NCBI RefSeq assembly: GCF_048593235.1
Contig: NC_133617.1
Coordinates: 627,606,958-627,670,957 of the forward strand
DNA length: 64,000 nucleotides
Direction of reading: 5' to 3'
From: Sminthopsis crassicaudata
Lineage: Eukaryota
Below are positions 29,040 to 42,045 of this stretch, one piece after another. Numbering within the stretch: the first letter of the stretch is position 1; the number at the start of each line of letters is the position of its first letter. A program made the translations under genes and the position numbers. The notes beneath the pieces are model-generated. The model made no database searches and had not been told where the DNA came from. It was given only the letters and a program-made list of their open reading frames with translations.

Positions 29040-31260
29040 CTTCCAGACACAAGGAGGTATTTTAGTAAAATCAGTCTGGTGAGGAAAAGGAAAGGCGGAG
29101 GTGTCCAATCTGGGGAGTCACTCTGTGCGGTGACGGCAGCCCAAACTGGGCAACTGCAGCAAAAACGAGAACGGGCGCGTTGGGAGACGAGAACCAGGGC
29201 CAGCTCGCCTATTACTATCCGCCCGGGCTTGGGCAAGTCGTGATGATGCCGGGGGGAGCCGGTTCCTCCTCCACTTAACGGGAGGACTCTTGCACTACCT
29301 CCCTCCCAACGTGGCTGTGGAAAAAGAATTTTGCAAAACTCCGAGGCGGCCCGCAAAGCTTATGAGTTACGGTTATCTGTGAAACGGAGGTGTTAGCCCG
29401 CACTACAGACCTCATGACGCTGAAATAAGGAATGCTCTAAGGGGCTTTCTAAACATCCGCTACTATCACTACAATTGCTCTCGGAAGAAATACCCGTCGA
29501 AGCCATGATGTGTTCCTCATCAGGCGCCTCTCCTCCTCCTCCTCGCAGCAACGCACGTGCTTCTAAATACTTTGCCCCCACCCCTTCCCACGTGCTTCTA
29601 AAGGCCGCCTCCCCACGTGGTTCGCTCGGCGAACAAAGAACCCTCCGCGGCGGACGCGTGACCTCTCCACCTCCGTACCCCTCTTCCCCGAGCTCCGCAG
29701 TGTGCGCATGCGTACTTTTAGTATCTTGGGGCACCACAGCCTGGCCCGGGATGGGGGGAGCACAACGGGTAAGATGTTGCCGCTCCCCGCTCCCCTGCTC
29801 CCCTGGTCCGCTTAAGGCCCATAGCTGCTACCTAAACCTACCTACCGAGGACGAGCCAAAACGAGCCAACTGTGACGGAGGCGATGAAGACCGCAGCGAC
29901 GGCAACTGCAACACCCCCCCTGAACTTTTCTCATCCTCGTTCCCGGGCTAGGGAATGTTAGTGCGCTTGCGTGTGCGCACCTATACGGCCTGCCGGGAAA
30001 TGTAGTCTTTCTCTCCAAAATAACTGCGAAAAGGGATCCGGGACTCGAATCTTTACGCGTTCCCTGCCGTGCTCTTTGTTGGGAAATGTAGTTTTTGGGT
30101 TTTTTTGTTAATACCCTCCCAGTTTGCATTCTTCTAGATTCTTTGTTCTTTAGTAAAGAATTATTTGTATTACAGAGTTAGGAGCTTACGTTTTTCTCCT
30201 TGTCGTTGCTGTTTTTCGGTCGCCCGTTTGGGGATTTTTTGTAAAGATACAGGACTGGTTTGCCATTTCCTTTTCCTGCTCGTTTTCTGTCAGTGAGGAA
30301 ACTGAGGCAAACAGTTAAAAAGCGCGGGACTCACGCAGGAAATGTCATGCGGAAAGGGGTAGTTCAGGAGAAGCAGGCCGGCCGAGGGAGGAGAAAGGCA
30401 GGGTGGGAGTGTCCGGTCTGAAGCACCCTTTTCCGAGGCTCACCGCCCGGATCTGGACGGAAGCGGTGGGAATGATGAGAAAGGAGGGGTTTTAGAAAAA
30501 TTAGTCTGGCGAGGAAAGGAAAGGAAAGACGGAGGTGTCCAATCTGGGGAATCACTCTGCGGGGTGGCAACAGCCCAAACTGGGCCAATGCAGCAAAAAT
30601 AAGAAAGGGCGCCTTGGGACTCGGGCCGGGGTCACAGAGCCGGGAGTGCCCGGGGCCAGATTTGTTCTCTTCTCCAAGAGGCAGGCACCCGGACTCAGTC
30701 AGAAGTCCCACTTCTTGGAAAATAGTGACGAGGTAGTGACTGAGGGAGATGGAGAAGGAGAGGAGTGACAGATGGTTAAGAGCTGAAGGGGATTTAGAAA
30801 TTGTCCTATTTAATTTGATAAGCAAGTAGGTGACCCCCTCCCCCCCATCCCCTCCCCCCAGCTCTTTTGTGGCGCTAGAACTGTATCCGGTTAGTCTCTT
30901 AATAGTAACCGGCTTGCTCTTCACGAGGTTCACATTTTCTAAGTGGGAGGGAGAAGTAGAATGCTGAAGATTCAAAAGACGCTGCATTGAGTCCTGGCCC
31001 AACTAGGAACCCTCTAGAAAACAAAGTTTGTTAATGTTTCTGAGAATGCTTGTAAAACAGTATCAAGACACAGGGCGGAACCTGAATTTCAAATACCACC
31101 GATCGAGTGGTCCCGGCGGGCCTTGGTTTCTGTCTGGGCCGGTGAATGTGGAGAGATGCTGTGGCCGGCTCCGCCAGGTGTATTCCAGGTCGGAGGCCCT
31201 AGCAGAAGCTTGTTAGTTCCAACCAGTGATTAAAGGGTTACCTGTCTTTGGAGGAGACAA
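29040..31260 (-). promoter_or_regulatory. SGF29: SGF29 CpG-island promoter with a noncoding first exon (donor after 29846; TSS probably near 29950-30000)
   Basis: CpG-rich. Minus-strand donor CTCG|GTAGGT at 29846/29845. Two ACTACATTTCCC motifs (ZNF143/THAP11-associated) read on - at 29995-30006 and 30081-30092. Confidence 0.7.
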
Positions 31261-32201
31261 CCCTTGTCCTCTAAATGTCAGGCAAGCTCCTCAGACCAGG
31301 GGGTTCCATGGTGCTGCTTGGGTGCTTTTATGGTAACTAAGCCCCCTCCTCAGAGAAACTACTCTGGGTTTCTTGGAAATTCTTACCTTTCAAACCCTTC
31401 TCTTGCGTATCAGACCTTCCTAATGGAATCCCACTACCCGTTCCTAATTGCTAATGCAACTAGAGCATTGTACTTGCAATGGAAAAGACATGACTTCAAA
31501 TCCTACTTCAAACATTTATTGTGTGGGTAAGTCACTTTACCTTTTTCTGCCCCAATTTCCTTATCTGGGAATAGGTGCTGTAATAGTATCTATCTCCCTG
31601 GGTCCTTGTGAAGATAAAAACTAGATAACATTTATTATAAAGCTAGTTATAAAAATGATAATTGTTATTTAGCATCTGCTTAAACATTTTAAAACAAAAT
31701 TTTATTGGTAATTTTGTTTTTACATCACTTAAAATGTTCTTATTCTTCTCCCTCTCCCAGATAGCCATCTCTTATAACAAGTAATTTTTTTAGTTGAAAA
31801 AATTAAAAATGAGGAAAAAGGAACAAAACCAGTCAATAAATCTTAAAAAATATGACAATATATTCAATGTTCTAAACCCACAGATTCCCCCATTTTTGCA
31901 AAATAAGGGAAAGTGGAAGGTGTCTTCTCATATCTTCTTTGGGACCAAACTTGTGCTGGAATACTTTAAATGGCAAGGAGCTCATTACCTCCCTAGGAAG
32001 CCTATTTTATTGTTGGGCAATTCTAGCTGTTACAAGTTACTTTGTCCCTGTAACTTACGTTCTTTGTGCAAGTTTTATTCTCCGAAGCCAAGGAGAATAT
32101 CTAATTCCTCTTCCATATAACTCTTCAGATATTTGAAGATTTAACCAAATGAGCAATCTCTACTGGAAACAAGACAATTTTAAAGGCATTGTTATTCAAC
32201 C

Positions 32202-32230
32202 TCATCATCATCATCATCATCATCATCATC
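32202..32230. repeat. (CAT)n microsatellite
   Basis: About 9-10 CAT units. Confidence 0.85.
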
Positions 32231-33840
32231 ACCCCTACCACAACTAGCAGTTATATAGTGCTTTAAGGTTTGCAAAGCAGTTTACAAGTACTTCATTTTA
32301 TTTTTAAAACAGCCTTAGGGGTAATAAAAATATTTCCTCATTTATGAAATAGGAGTAATAAAAATACCTACTTCTCACTTTATACATGAGGAAACTTGAG
32401 GCAGACAGAGAAGTGACTTGCCCAGGATTATACACTGAAGCAAGAATTGAATCCTGACACCAGGTCAAATGCTCTAAGAGGAAAAGTTTGTAAAAATGAC
32501 AAACATCATTAATGTCAGAAAAGATGATGGGAAGATATTAGGGGCTTTTCACTTAGGTTGAGTCTTTTTGAGAATAATCTTCACACATAATAATGGGTAT
32601 TCTTCATGAAAATAACAAAATGGAATAAACAGAATTTCAAAGATGATTATCCATAAGCAGACCATTCTTCACAGTTACAACGTTGCTTGAGAGATAGAAT
32701 GAATTCAAGATCGTTCTTTTTCCAGTTTCCCTTGGTATTCCATCTTTCCAGTCTTCTCACACTTTGCTAGACAACCTGCCACTAACTTTTCATTCCTGTT
32801 GTTGTGGTGTGGGAATAAGGGAGAGAAGATCCCTATGCTCAGAGATGCAGATCTTTACCCATGTGAAACCAAATAAGTGAAAACTGCACAATACCCAGAT
32901 GAGGAATAGAGACTAGACCTATGGTTTTATTGGGGATAAACCTATAGTTTATTGAGGATTCATTGAGGAACTTTCTCTACCAATTTAGGACTTCATTTTC
33001 TCTACAACTTATAGGAGTATAAAGTTGTCCAGAATATTGAGAGGTTAAATGACTTCCTCAGGAGCTCCGTATCAATTATGTGCCAGAAAGACTTGAGTCT
33101 GGGCAATCCCAGCTCCAAGGCCAACTTCCCAACTACTGTTAATGCTCCCTCTTATTTCTGAGGTTATGAGAGTAAAATTTAAGTTCTGTGGGGGCAGATA
33201 ATATATCACTTTTTAATATTTGTATTCCTGGTACAATACTCAGCACCTAGTAAGTATTTAAAAGCTAATTGCTTGTTGATTGGTGACATTCAGATGGACT
33301 AGTCCATGAGTTATTGAGTTGATCCATACATTGGTACTACAGAAGGGGAAAAGGAAAGGAAAGGAATCACATTTATATAGTGCTACTGTGTCAGAGACTG
33401 TGCTAAGTTGCACCAACCCTGCAAGATAGGTACTATTATGACTCCAATTGTATAGCTGAGGAAATTGAGGCAAAGATACTGAGGTACACAATTAAGTGAC
33501 TTGCATAAGGTCACACTTTGAAGACTGATTTGAATTCAGGTTGTCTGAAGTCCAGATCCAGTGCTCTCTCTGCTGTGCAGCAACCCTGCTATGGACAGTA
33601 ATACTAGGCTCAGAATGGGATAGGAGAGTAGAGCTGTGTTGAATATGTGAAACTACATAAAATTTTCAAAGGTTACAAATTTATTTATGCTGAAATTAAT
33701 GCTAATATTCTCCCTGTTAATACTATGTGGCCAAAAATCATGAAACATGATGACCTATGAAAAAACAAAGTTGTTTTCTACTCCTAGAACTACCAAAGAG
33801 TATGATGGTGTGACAGGAGAAGGGGGGTAACACTCAGAAT

Positions 33841-34468
33841 CTTTTTTTTTTTTTTAATAAAGCTTTTTCTTTTTTTATTAATTTTATAATTATAACTTTT
33901 TTTTAACAGTACATATGCATGGATAATTTTTTACAACTTTATCCCTTACACTCACTTCTGTTCTGAAATTTTTCCCTCCTTCCCTCCACCTCCTCCCCTA
34001 GATGGCAAGCAGTCTCATACATGTTAAATATCTTATAGTATATCCTAGATACAATATGTGTGCAGAACCGAATTTTTTTGTTGTTGTTGCACAGGAAGAA
34101 CTGGATTCAGAAGGTAAAAATAACCTGGGAAGAAAAACAAAAATGCAAACAGTTCACACTTTTTAGGTAGCCTTGCCCTAATAGGCACACCTTTTTTAGC
34201 GGGCTTCTACTCCAAAGACTCAATCATTGAAGCTATAAATACATCACAAGTAAATACCTGAGCACTACAAACTACCCTGATTGCTACTATACTCACAGCA
34301 GTCTACAGCATACGAGTAATCCACTTCACCCAGTGTTCCTTCTCTGGATGTAGCTGATTCTGTCATTGATCAGCTGGACCTGAATTAGATCTTCTCTGTC
34401 AAAGATATCCACTTCCATCAGAATACATCCTCATACAGTATTGTTGTTGAAGTGTATAATGATCTCCT
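33841..34468 (-). mobile_element. 5'-truncated L1 3' end, interrupted by a NUMT
   Basis: Poly-T start, then the reverse complement of the L1 tail also seen at 7750-8010 and 39470-40050. The sequence breaks at about 34160 and resumes at about 34331. Confidence 0.8.
34161..34330 (+). pseudogene. NUMT: nuclear copy of a mitochondrial ND5 fragment
   Basis: 34166-34330 reads [55 protein letters not shown] in the vertebrate mitochondrial code (in-frame TGA=Trp at 34259, ATA=Met). It carries the ND5 signature G.PFL.GFYSKD.IIE. Confidence 0.92.
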
Positions 34469-34490
34469 TATTCTTGAAGCTAGAATCCAA

Positions 34491-35219
34491 GGCAGCTTCC
34501 AGAGGGGCTTCAGAAAATGAACTGAGGTCAAGAGCAGAGTCAGGTCTGTGAGCAAGGCTGGGCTGAGCTGAGGTTTTGGGGCTCAAGACAAGGTCCCCAC
34601 ACCAGACTATTCAGTCAGGGACAGGAAAACCAAAAGATTTTCCTAAGAGAAGATTTATCTAGGTTTTTGTTTTTGTTTTCCCATGAAGAAGTCTTGGATC
34701 CTAGAGATCATCTCTGAAGGATGTTCAAGAATTTTGTCACCAACTTGGTTCAGTGTCAAGTGTCCCAAGGAAGGTCCTTACATGTATTGTGCCATTATTC
34801 TAGGCACACTGGCCATTGATTTCGTGAGATGTGGCCTCATGAGATGTAGAAGAAACAAGACTGACACCTCCCTATATCCCCCCCACCTCATATATATTCA
34901 CTGATGTCATTGACCATGCTACATCAGTTCTGGTGTACCTTGTCCCTTCTCTGAGGGGATTCTCAGTTTCTATGCCTAAACATCCCTGCTGAGGATCAGA
35001 ACTGATGGTTGCTATACTTTTGTTAAACGATATATGGCTACTCTAGACCTCTTTACTAAAGTTACCTTTCATGCTATCTCTTAAACCCTTATCTAGCTAA
35101 TTTCTGGCCCATAAAAGATTGTTTTTACTAAGTCTCCCTATAAGGAATTCAATGATCATCTTGTAAGGACAGATAATGGAGTGCCCAAGAAACCAAGCAG
35201 TTGCTTACCTACCTCATAA
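34491..35219 (+). pseudogene. RPS2: Heavily decayed processed pseudogene of ribosomal protein S2 (uS5)
   Basis: Intronless frame-broken segments VKCPKE..AIILGTLAIDFVRCG, SVLVYLVPSLRG and TDGCYTFVKRYMATLDLFTKVTFHAIS*..IVFTKSPYKEFNDHLVRT align to RPS2 VKCSKE..AIILAKLSIVPVRRG, SVLVRLIPAPRG and [44 protein letters not shown]. Confidence 0.85.
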
Positions 35220-36822
35220 ATATATAAGGGCAAAAGAATCAAGTAAACTATGCCTAATTTTTTTTTAAATTTAGAATTATAGATGATCCAAATTTCAATA
35301 GAAAGATAAAGCAAGAGGGTCAATAGACTGCAATATTAATTATAATTTGCATTCAAGAAGTAGCAGTCATATATGACATGTAAAACTGTAAAAGTAAGTA
35401 ATTCAGTTATGTACTGAGAAAGGGCAACAAACACTTGGAAACCATTGATATCCATAACATTTTAAAAACTCCATAGGCTGTGTGAACTTGGATAAGTTAC
35501 ATAACCTCCTCCCTTGAGCCTCGCTCTCTGTAAGAACTTGCAATAGGTATCCCTAAAAGGTGGAGGTATACATCGTTACATTGGGAAGGTCTTTTGTGGA
35601 GAATTTATGAGAAGACATAGATACTATTCACACACAGTAAAGACACTTGGATGTGTTAAGGTCTTTATGAATGGAGGGAGTGCAGACACAAATGAGGAGG
35701 CTGGATACAAATCTTTCCCTAATTGCATTTGTCCATGCTTGGCTTCAAGAACCAACACGCCATTCTAGCTGATTCTCATGTAGCTATATGCCATTTATTG
35801 CCACTTCCACTGTCACTCATTGTTCAAACAAACTTGTATCTGAGACTATCACATCTCTCTCAGGAATTGGGCAGCACTCTTCATCACTGGTCCTCTGGAA
35901 TCATCTCTACCATACTTGTCCTTATGCTTTTATTTTTGTTTGAATATCCTCTGTCCTTCTCTGATCTCCATCTACCAGACTATTCCACCCCCTCTCAGGG
36001 CTTCCTCTAATTGCTGTCCCTCCTATTCATATCCAGAATACTGTGTGTGTAGTCTCTTATAACTCCGGTCATATTCTACCTTATAGTTATTCCCCTAAAG
36101 ACTTGTTCTGACTTCCCCCACTAGTGGGTAATCCACCTAATTTTTTTTTTATCTACATTTCTGGTATAAAGTATTTTGTAAATTGTTACCCCTCTCACCC
36201 CCTTTTTTTAAACAGATGAGGGAACTTGGAGATAAAGAATTTGCTCAAGATCACAGCTAATAAGTTAGTAGAGTCGGGATATTCTGTTCTTCTCCTTGAA
36301 TGCTGGGATGATATCTAGCTTATCTTTGGATCTCCTTCAGTGCCTGACACAAAGACTTACACATGATAGTTCTCAAAAGATGTTTGCTATATGAATGTCT
36401 AACATGACCTAACAGATCTTTATCTGTATTTGGCTTATCAAAGCTAAGGGTCAAGATTTTATTGTCTTTTTTTCCTTTGCACTTTCCTGGATCACCAATC
36501 CATAACAAGCTTGTTTGAATAAAGTAAAATCTGGGCACTGAACTCTACCCAGCCTTAGGTTATTTGTCCTCCTCCTTTCCCCCTTCCCCCTTCTTTCTCC
36601 TTCTCCTCTTCTCCCTTTTCCTGTTCTCTTCGCAAAGACCCCAGAATCCTGAAATAAGAGTTAGCCCATGGGAAAATATCCATATGGGAGGGAACCTGAG
36701 TTGTATGAAAGAAGGAAAAGTTACAGCTGCTGGTGGGGATAGGAGTCACAAGACAGAACGTTTTTCCTGTTGTGATTCCATTTCTGTTTATACTGGATTC
36801 AGAGGTTCTGGGATGGGGCCAG

Positions 36823-36878
36823 ATTGCATCAGACAGAGCCAACGTGGATTGTGTACACAGGCAACCCAACCCTATAAA
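36823..36878 (+). promoter_or_regulatory. NUPR1: NUPR1 proximal promoter: C/EBP-ATF4 amino-acid response element and TATA box
   Basis: ATTGCATCA (TGATGCAAT on -) at 36823-36831, and TATAAA at 36873-36878, about 120 nt before the ATG. Confidence 0.75.
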
Positions 36879-36992
36879 TTAGGGAGGAGCTGTCCCAGGG
36901 AGAAGCAAAGCTGAGAGACATACACAGAGAGAAATTCAGGAGCAAGAATTCAGAAAGATTCATCCCTGAAGGAATAGAATTCTCCAGTCCTA

Positions 36993-37979
36993 ATGGCAGC
37001 AACTCCATTTGCTTCTCCACCATTCCAGTCCCTGACCTTGGAAGACGAGGAGCCACTTTGTTTGGACGAATATGACATTTACAACTTTACCGATTCTTAT
37101 CTGGGTGAGAGATATGACCCCACCTTCCTTCCTTTAGATACCTCCTCATTTTAGATCCCTGCCCAGACTCAGCTTTGAATCTCTGGAACCTAACCAACAC
37201 TTGATAACCTACCCCACCCTTAATCCATTTAATTTTATTCCTAGGTCCCAGCCAGTCCCACAAACAACCCTATGGAATCTCTCTAGTCTCCTTATCTCAG
37301 CCTCTCAGAATCCTTATTTCCTTATAACTGAGTCAGCTCAGTTGCTACCTTGTTTTTGAAACCTCCTTTACCCTCCAGTTTTTTTAATCTTTTATCCTCT
37401 TCAAACTGCCTTGCATTAATTTATCTGTGTATGTGTTGTTTCCCATTAGAATATGAGCTCTCTTTTAGAGAGCTTTAGAGAGCTTGCTTTTAGCAAGGAC
37501 TTTTCTTTTTTTCCTTTGGTTCTGCAGTATATAATGCAATGCTTTGCACATAGTAAGTGCTTAATAAGTATTTGTTAAGAAATTATCTAATTATCTAATC
37601 TACCCTCTGAGTTTTACAGAGGGGCTGGGAAGAATTAAATGATTTGCCCAGATTTGCCCAGATTTACACAGCAGATTAAGAAGAGACCTAGAAATAAGAC
37701 TCAGGTCTTCTGCCTCTCATCTAGTGTTATTGCCATGGCCCCATCATGTCTCTATCTTTCTCACAACCATGGCCACTAAGTGCCTTCCACCCACCATACT
37801 CTCTGAGTACCTTATTCTTAGAATTACTGCCTTCTATTTCAGGAAGAGGGAGTGGCAAGGGTCGGAGTAAGAGAGAAGCCGCCAACCATACTAACCGACC
37901 CAGCCCAGGAGGCCATGAGAGGAAGCTGCTGATCAAACTTCAGAACACAGAGCAAAAGAAACGGGGTGCCAGGCCCTGA
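36993..37979 (+). CDS. NUPR1: Nuclear protein 1 (p8) stress-induced transcriptional regulator, 82 aa
   Basis: Exon 36993-37104 gives MAATPFASPPFQSLTLEDEEPLCLDEYDIYNFTDSYL. Exon 37843-37979 gives GRGSGKGRSKREAANHTNRPSPGGHERKLLIKLQNTEQKKRGARP*. There is a 3' UTR intron 37995-38215 and an AATAAA at 38486. Confidence 0.95.
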
Positions 37980-38579
37980 GCCTAGAACCTTGAGGTAAGG
38001 GAACCCAGAATCCCCATATAGAGCTCTACCAATTTAATGATACTTGCTGATAAACTTGCAAAAGGATGACATCCAATTCTAACTCTCAGAACCAGCTGGG
38101 AAGCACGACCCTTAAAATCCAGGAAACAATCCTGGAGTCCTAAGAAAGAGATCCCCTAAAGCTGAGAAGTTTAGATCCACTGGTCCCAACTTCTAAAGAT
38201 CTCTTTTCCTTTCAGGCTGGGCCAGAGTATTGATACCAGGATCACGGCTATGGACCTAGGGCTTCGAAGACAGGGCAAGAGAGATAGGATCTTAAATCTT
38301 CTCTGAACGCCTTCTCTCAAGAAATGCCCCTTCCCCAACTGGCTGGAGTTTGGAGGGGCCCAGCAAGTGAGTTCCTTTAGCACTTGCAGAAGAAATGAAG
38401 AGGAACAGATGGTAGGAGTGGATGAGCTGAAAAGAGTAGGGGGAAAGAGAGAATCTACCTGAATCTATCAAAAGAAAGTGGTTACAATAAAGAATCAAAG
38501 AGAAGAGTCTGGATGTAAATGTGTGTGTATGTTTAGGGGGGTAGATTTCAAGTCTCCCATGCATACTAATACACTTTAT

Positions 38580-39070
38580 CTTGGTTTCCTGGGGCGGGGT
38601 CCCACAGAGGCAGAGTTCAAGGAGAATCTCTCCTTCAAGAAGCTTTAGAGTTTTGGGGTCCCCTTGTCAAAATCTGACCTCAGATACTTAACACTTCCTA
38701 GCTGTGTGACCCTAGGCAGGTCACTTAATCCCAATTGCCTCAGGAAAAAAAAAAAAAAAAAGATCCTACCTTTTCAGGACTTAGCCTGCCAGCTAAGGAC
38801 ATTCCCCAACCTTATGGGTTACTCTCTTTCTACTGAGTAATTGTGAGTTCCACTGAGGAACTTGTCTTGCATATGTTCTCCCACTCTATTTCATATTTAC
38901 TATTCCCAGTGTCTATTGTAACCCTTCATTTTTCTAACTCCTTCCCCTAAATAAATCTACCTTTTGCCAAAGAGAATGGCCATTGTGTAATCTTCACATG
39001 ACTGAACCCCAACTTTTGGTGCCTGCCATCATCTGGTTTCTACATCACCCACAACATTTTGGTTCTCGAA
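38580..39070 (+). mobile_element. Probable ERV LTR remnant with an inserted WSINE1 3' fragment (about 38670-38760)
   Basis: AATAAA followed by a U5-like segment ending CACAACA, then TTTTGG. The SINE 3' end with its A tail lies inside it. Confidence 0.45.
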
Positions 39071-39469
39071 CAATACCATTTGGCACCAAACTCCATATCA
39101 TAAACTACATCAATATGAGAATGGTAGTGGAATATTTGGGTTAAAGAGCCAACCCTCAGAAAACCTCAGGAAAACCTGGGTTAAAATTCTCTCCTCTTCC
39201 CTGCCCCCCATCCATATACATTAACTGGCCACATGATTCTAGGCAAGTCTCTTTATTTCTCAGTGCTCCAAGAAACTCCCTAAGACTTTAAGTTTCCCAG
39301 CCAGTGCCAACCTGCATTGGTAGAAGGAATTTTCTTACCGAGAGTTCCCTCTACAAATAAAATTAGGTCCAGTCCAAAAGATAAAATATTTTGTTCTGTT
39401 TTTTAAAGAAAGAACTTATATCTGAGGAGTTAATTTGGGGTGTTTTAAAAGAAACACTCTCGGTATATG

Positions 39470-40050
39470 AATATTATGGAATATTATTGTTCTGTAAGAA
39501 ATGACCAGCAGGATGATTTCAGAAAGGCCTGGAGAGACTTGCATGAATTGATGCTGAGTAAAATGAGCAGGACCAGGAGGTCATTATATACTTCAACAAC
39601 AATACTATATGATGATCAATTCTGATGGACGTGGCCCTCTCCAACAATGAGATGAACAAAATCAGTTCCAATAGAGCAGTAGTGAACTGAACCAGCTACA
39701 CCCAGTGAAAAAACTCTGGGAGATGACTATGAACCACTACATAGAATTCCCAATCCCTCTATTTTTGTCCACCTGCATTTTGGATTTCCTTCACAAGTTA
39801 ATTGTACACTATTTCAAAGTCCGATTCTTTGTGTACAGCAAAACAACTGTTTGGACATGTATACAGATATTGTATTTAACTTATACTCTAACATATTTAA
39901 CATGTATTGGTCAACCTGCCATCTGGAAGGAGGGGAAGGAGGGGAAAAATTGGAACAAGAAGTTTGGCAATTGTCAGTGTTGTGAAGTTGCCCATGCATA
40001 TATCTGGTAAATAAAAACTATTAAAATTAAAAAAATAAAAATAAGAGAAA
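39470..40050 (+). mobile_element. L1 3' end remnant
   Basis: GTAAGAAATGACCAGCAGGATGATTTCAGAAAGGCCTGGAGAGAC...AATAAAAACTATTAAAA. Confidence 0.8.
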
Positions 40051-41479
40051 CACTCTCTTCATCAATTCTAGAGCAATGATAGGAAAGAATACTCTAGAAT
40101 GATCCAGAGAACAATGAATTAACCAACATTTACTAAGCATCTGTTATGTTCCAGGCACTATGGTAAATGTTAGAGATGCTAAAAGAAGCAAAAGATAGTC
40201 CTTTCCCTTAAGTAATTAATAATCGAATGTAGGAGAAATATACAAATATATGAGGTAAGCTATATATAGAAGAAATAGGAAATAATTAACAGAAAGAAGG
40301 CACTAGAAATAAGAGGAATTGGGGAAGGTTCTACTATTTAAAAGATGGGCGCTACCATAGCTGAATCATGCCATGTCTTTAGCTCTCCAAGCCATCAAAC
40401 GTGGCCAGAAGCCTCTCCACTTTGATGGTCACATCTCATAGCCAGGGCTCTATTTCTCAGATTTAGTTGCCTCTACTCAGAGACTGGCCTCCAAATTAGC
40501 TGTACACACCCCCAGCCATGGATGACTATTTTCAGGCAATTGCTTCAAATACAATAAAATGACCTTGTTATAGTGTGAGCCATAAGCTCTACACAAGTTA
40601 GCTTCCTGTGATACATAAACAATTGGAATTCAGCTTGGTCTAGCTTATTCTATACAATTTATTTTGGTTACCCAAATACAGTCTATTCCCACATCCCAGG
40701 TTTCTGCCTCATAAATACGGGCATTGCCTCAGAAAGACTTTAATTTTCTTGACTTCCATCTTGCTCCTAGACTCTGGAGAAGATAACAGGCTGATGACTT
40801 TATGCAGCTCTGCCTCACTTCAGGCCAATTCATGAGTGAGCCAAGACATCACCTTTGTAATATCTCTTCCAGGAGGAAGGACTAACAATCACAGCAACCA
40901 GCACAAGAATAAGCAAGATGCCCCCACACTCCCTTCAGTTCCATTGTTTCTGCTCCCAGCTACATACTGAATTGTACCCTTCTGATTAATGAATTTTTAT
41001 TCTTTCTTTAACTGGCTTTACTCCCTACCCCCAAGATTGCCAGAGCTCCCTTTTAATTACTATGATCTTGAACCATTGGAATGAGATAGCTCGTTTATCT
41101 ATCAACAGTTAACTCTTACTATGCTTGTTTGCCATATTCGTGAGAGCAGAATGTGCTACTTTGTGTCTATACTATGTGACACTTGGGGCACTGTAGTAGT
41201 AACAGTAGCCTGCATTAACTCCCAGGCTGCCTTCCAGAAAGGAAGTGTATCACGATATTAATTATCCAGTGAGAGAGTTCAGGATCTGATTTGTCCACTC
41301 AGCATGATACACACGCCATGTGGTCTCCTCTGAGTCTGGAGAAGAGAGTGCCTTCCTAACTACTCTTCCATCATTATGGTCTTTCCCTCCAACTGAACCC
41401 TTCCTTGTAACCTCCTTTTGAGGAAGTTCCCATGATGCTGGAGGTAGCCCCTTTAAGATTCCTTTCTGATTCTCAACCC

Positions 41480-41792
41480 CCATGACTGACCTTTGATTTA
41501 CAAGATCTAGTCAAAAGCACTCTTTTGTATCTGCTCAGGTTTCCCAACCCCCACCTGGAAGGTTCTGGCCCTCACTGGGTTCAGAGAGCAATCAACTTGG
41601 GACTTCACCCATAGGCCCCTTTAACCAAATAAAAGAGCCAAGCTGGAATCATCTCTTTGCAGAGGGTCGAAATATGCAAGCACCTTGCTTTGCATCACAG
41701 ACTCTCTGTCTGCCACTTATGGTGTATTTCTTCCTCTATCTAATACCTTTTACTAACCAGACTTTAACTTTACTTCCAAACCCTATAATAAA

Positions 41793-41847
<55 letters not shown>

Positions 41848-42045
41848 CAATCTAGGTTTTCTGATCTGTAAATTCCTTTACCAGGGACTCTGCACTGCCA
41901 CTAGACTTCATTTAACTCTGTATCCTTGCGCCAAATTCAAAGGGGTTGCAGGGGAGCTCTATTTGACTTCCTGTACCCCAAACCTGCCACTAGACCTCAA
42001 TTAATCCTAATTTTATTTAGATATACCTTATCTAGACCTCATCAC
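41480..42045 (+). mobile_element. Probable solo LTR with an internal poly-T expansion
   Basis: Internal repeated CTGCCACTAGAC units, AATAAA, terminal ...CATCA, and about 50 T near 41795-41845. Confidence 0.5.

Noticed and set aside
29393-31002. ORFs of 114-212 aa in the SGF29 CpG island
   Set aside because: Stop-poor GC-rich promoter sequence with no protein family signal.
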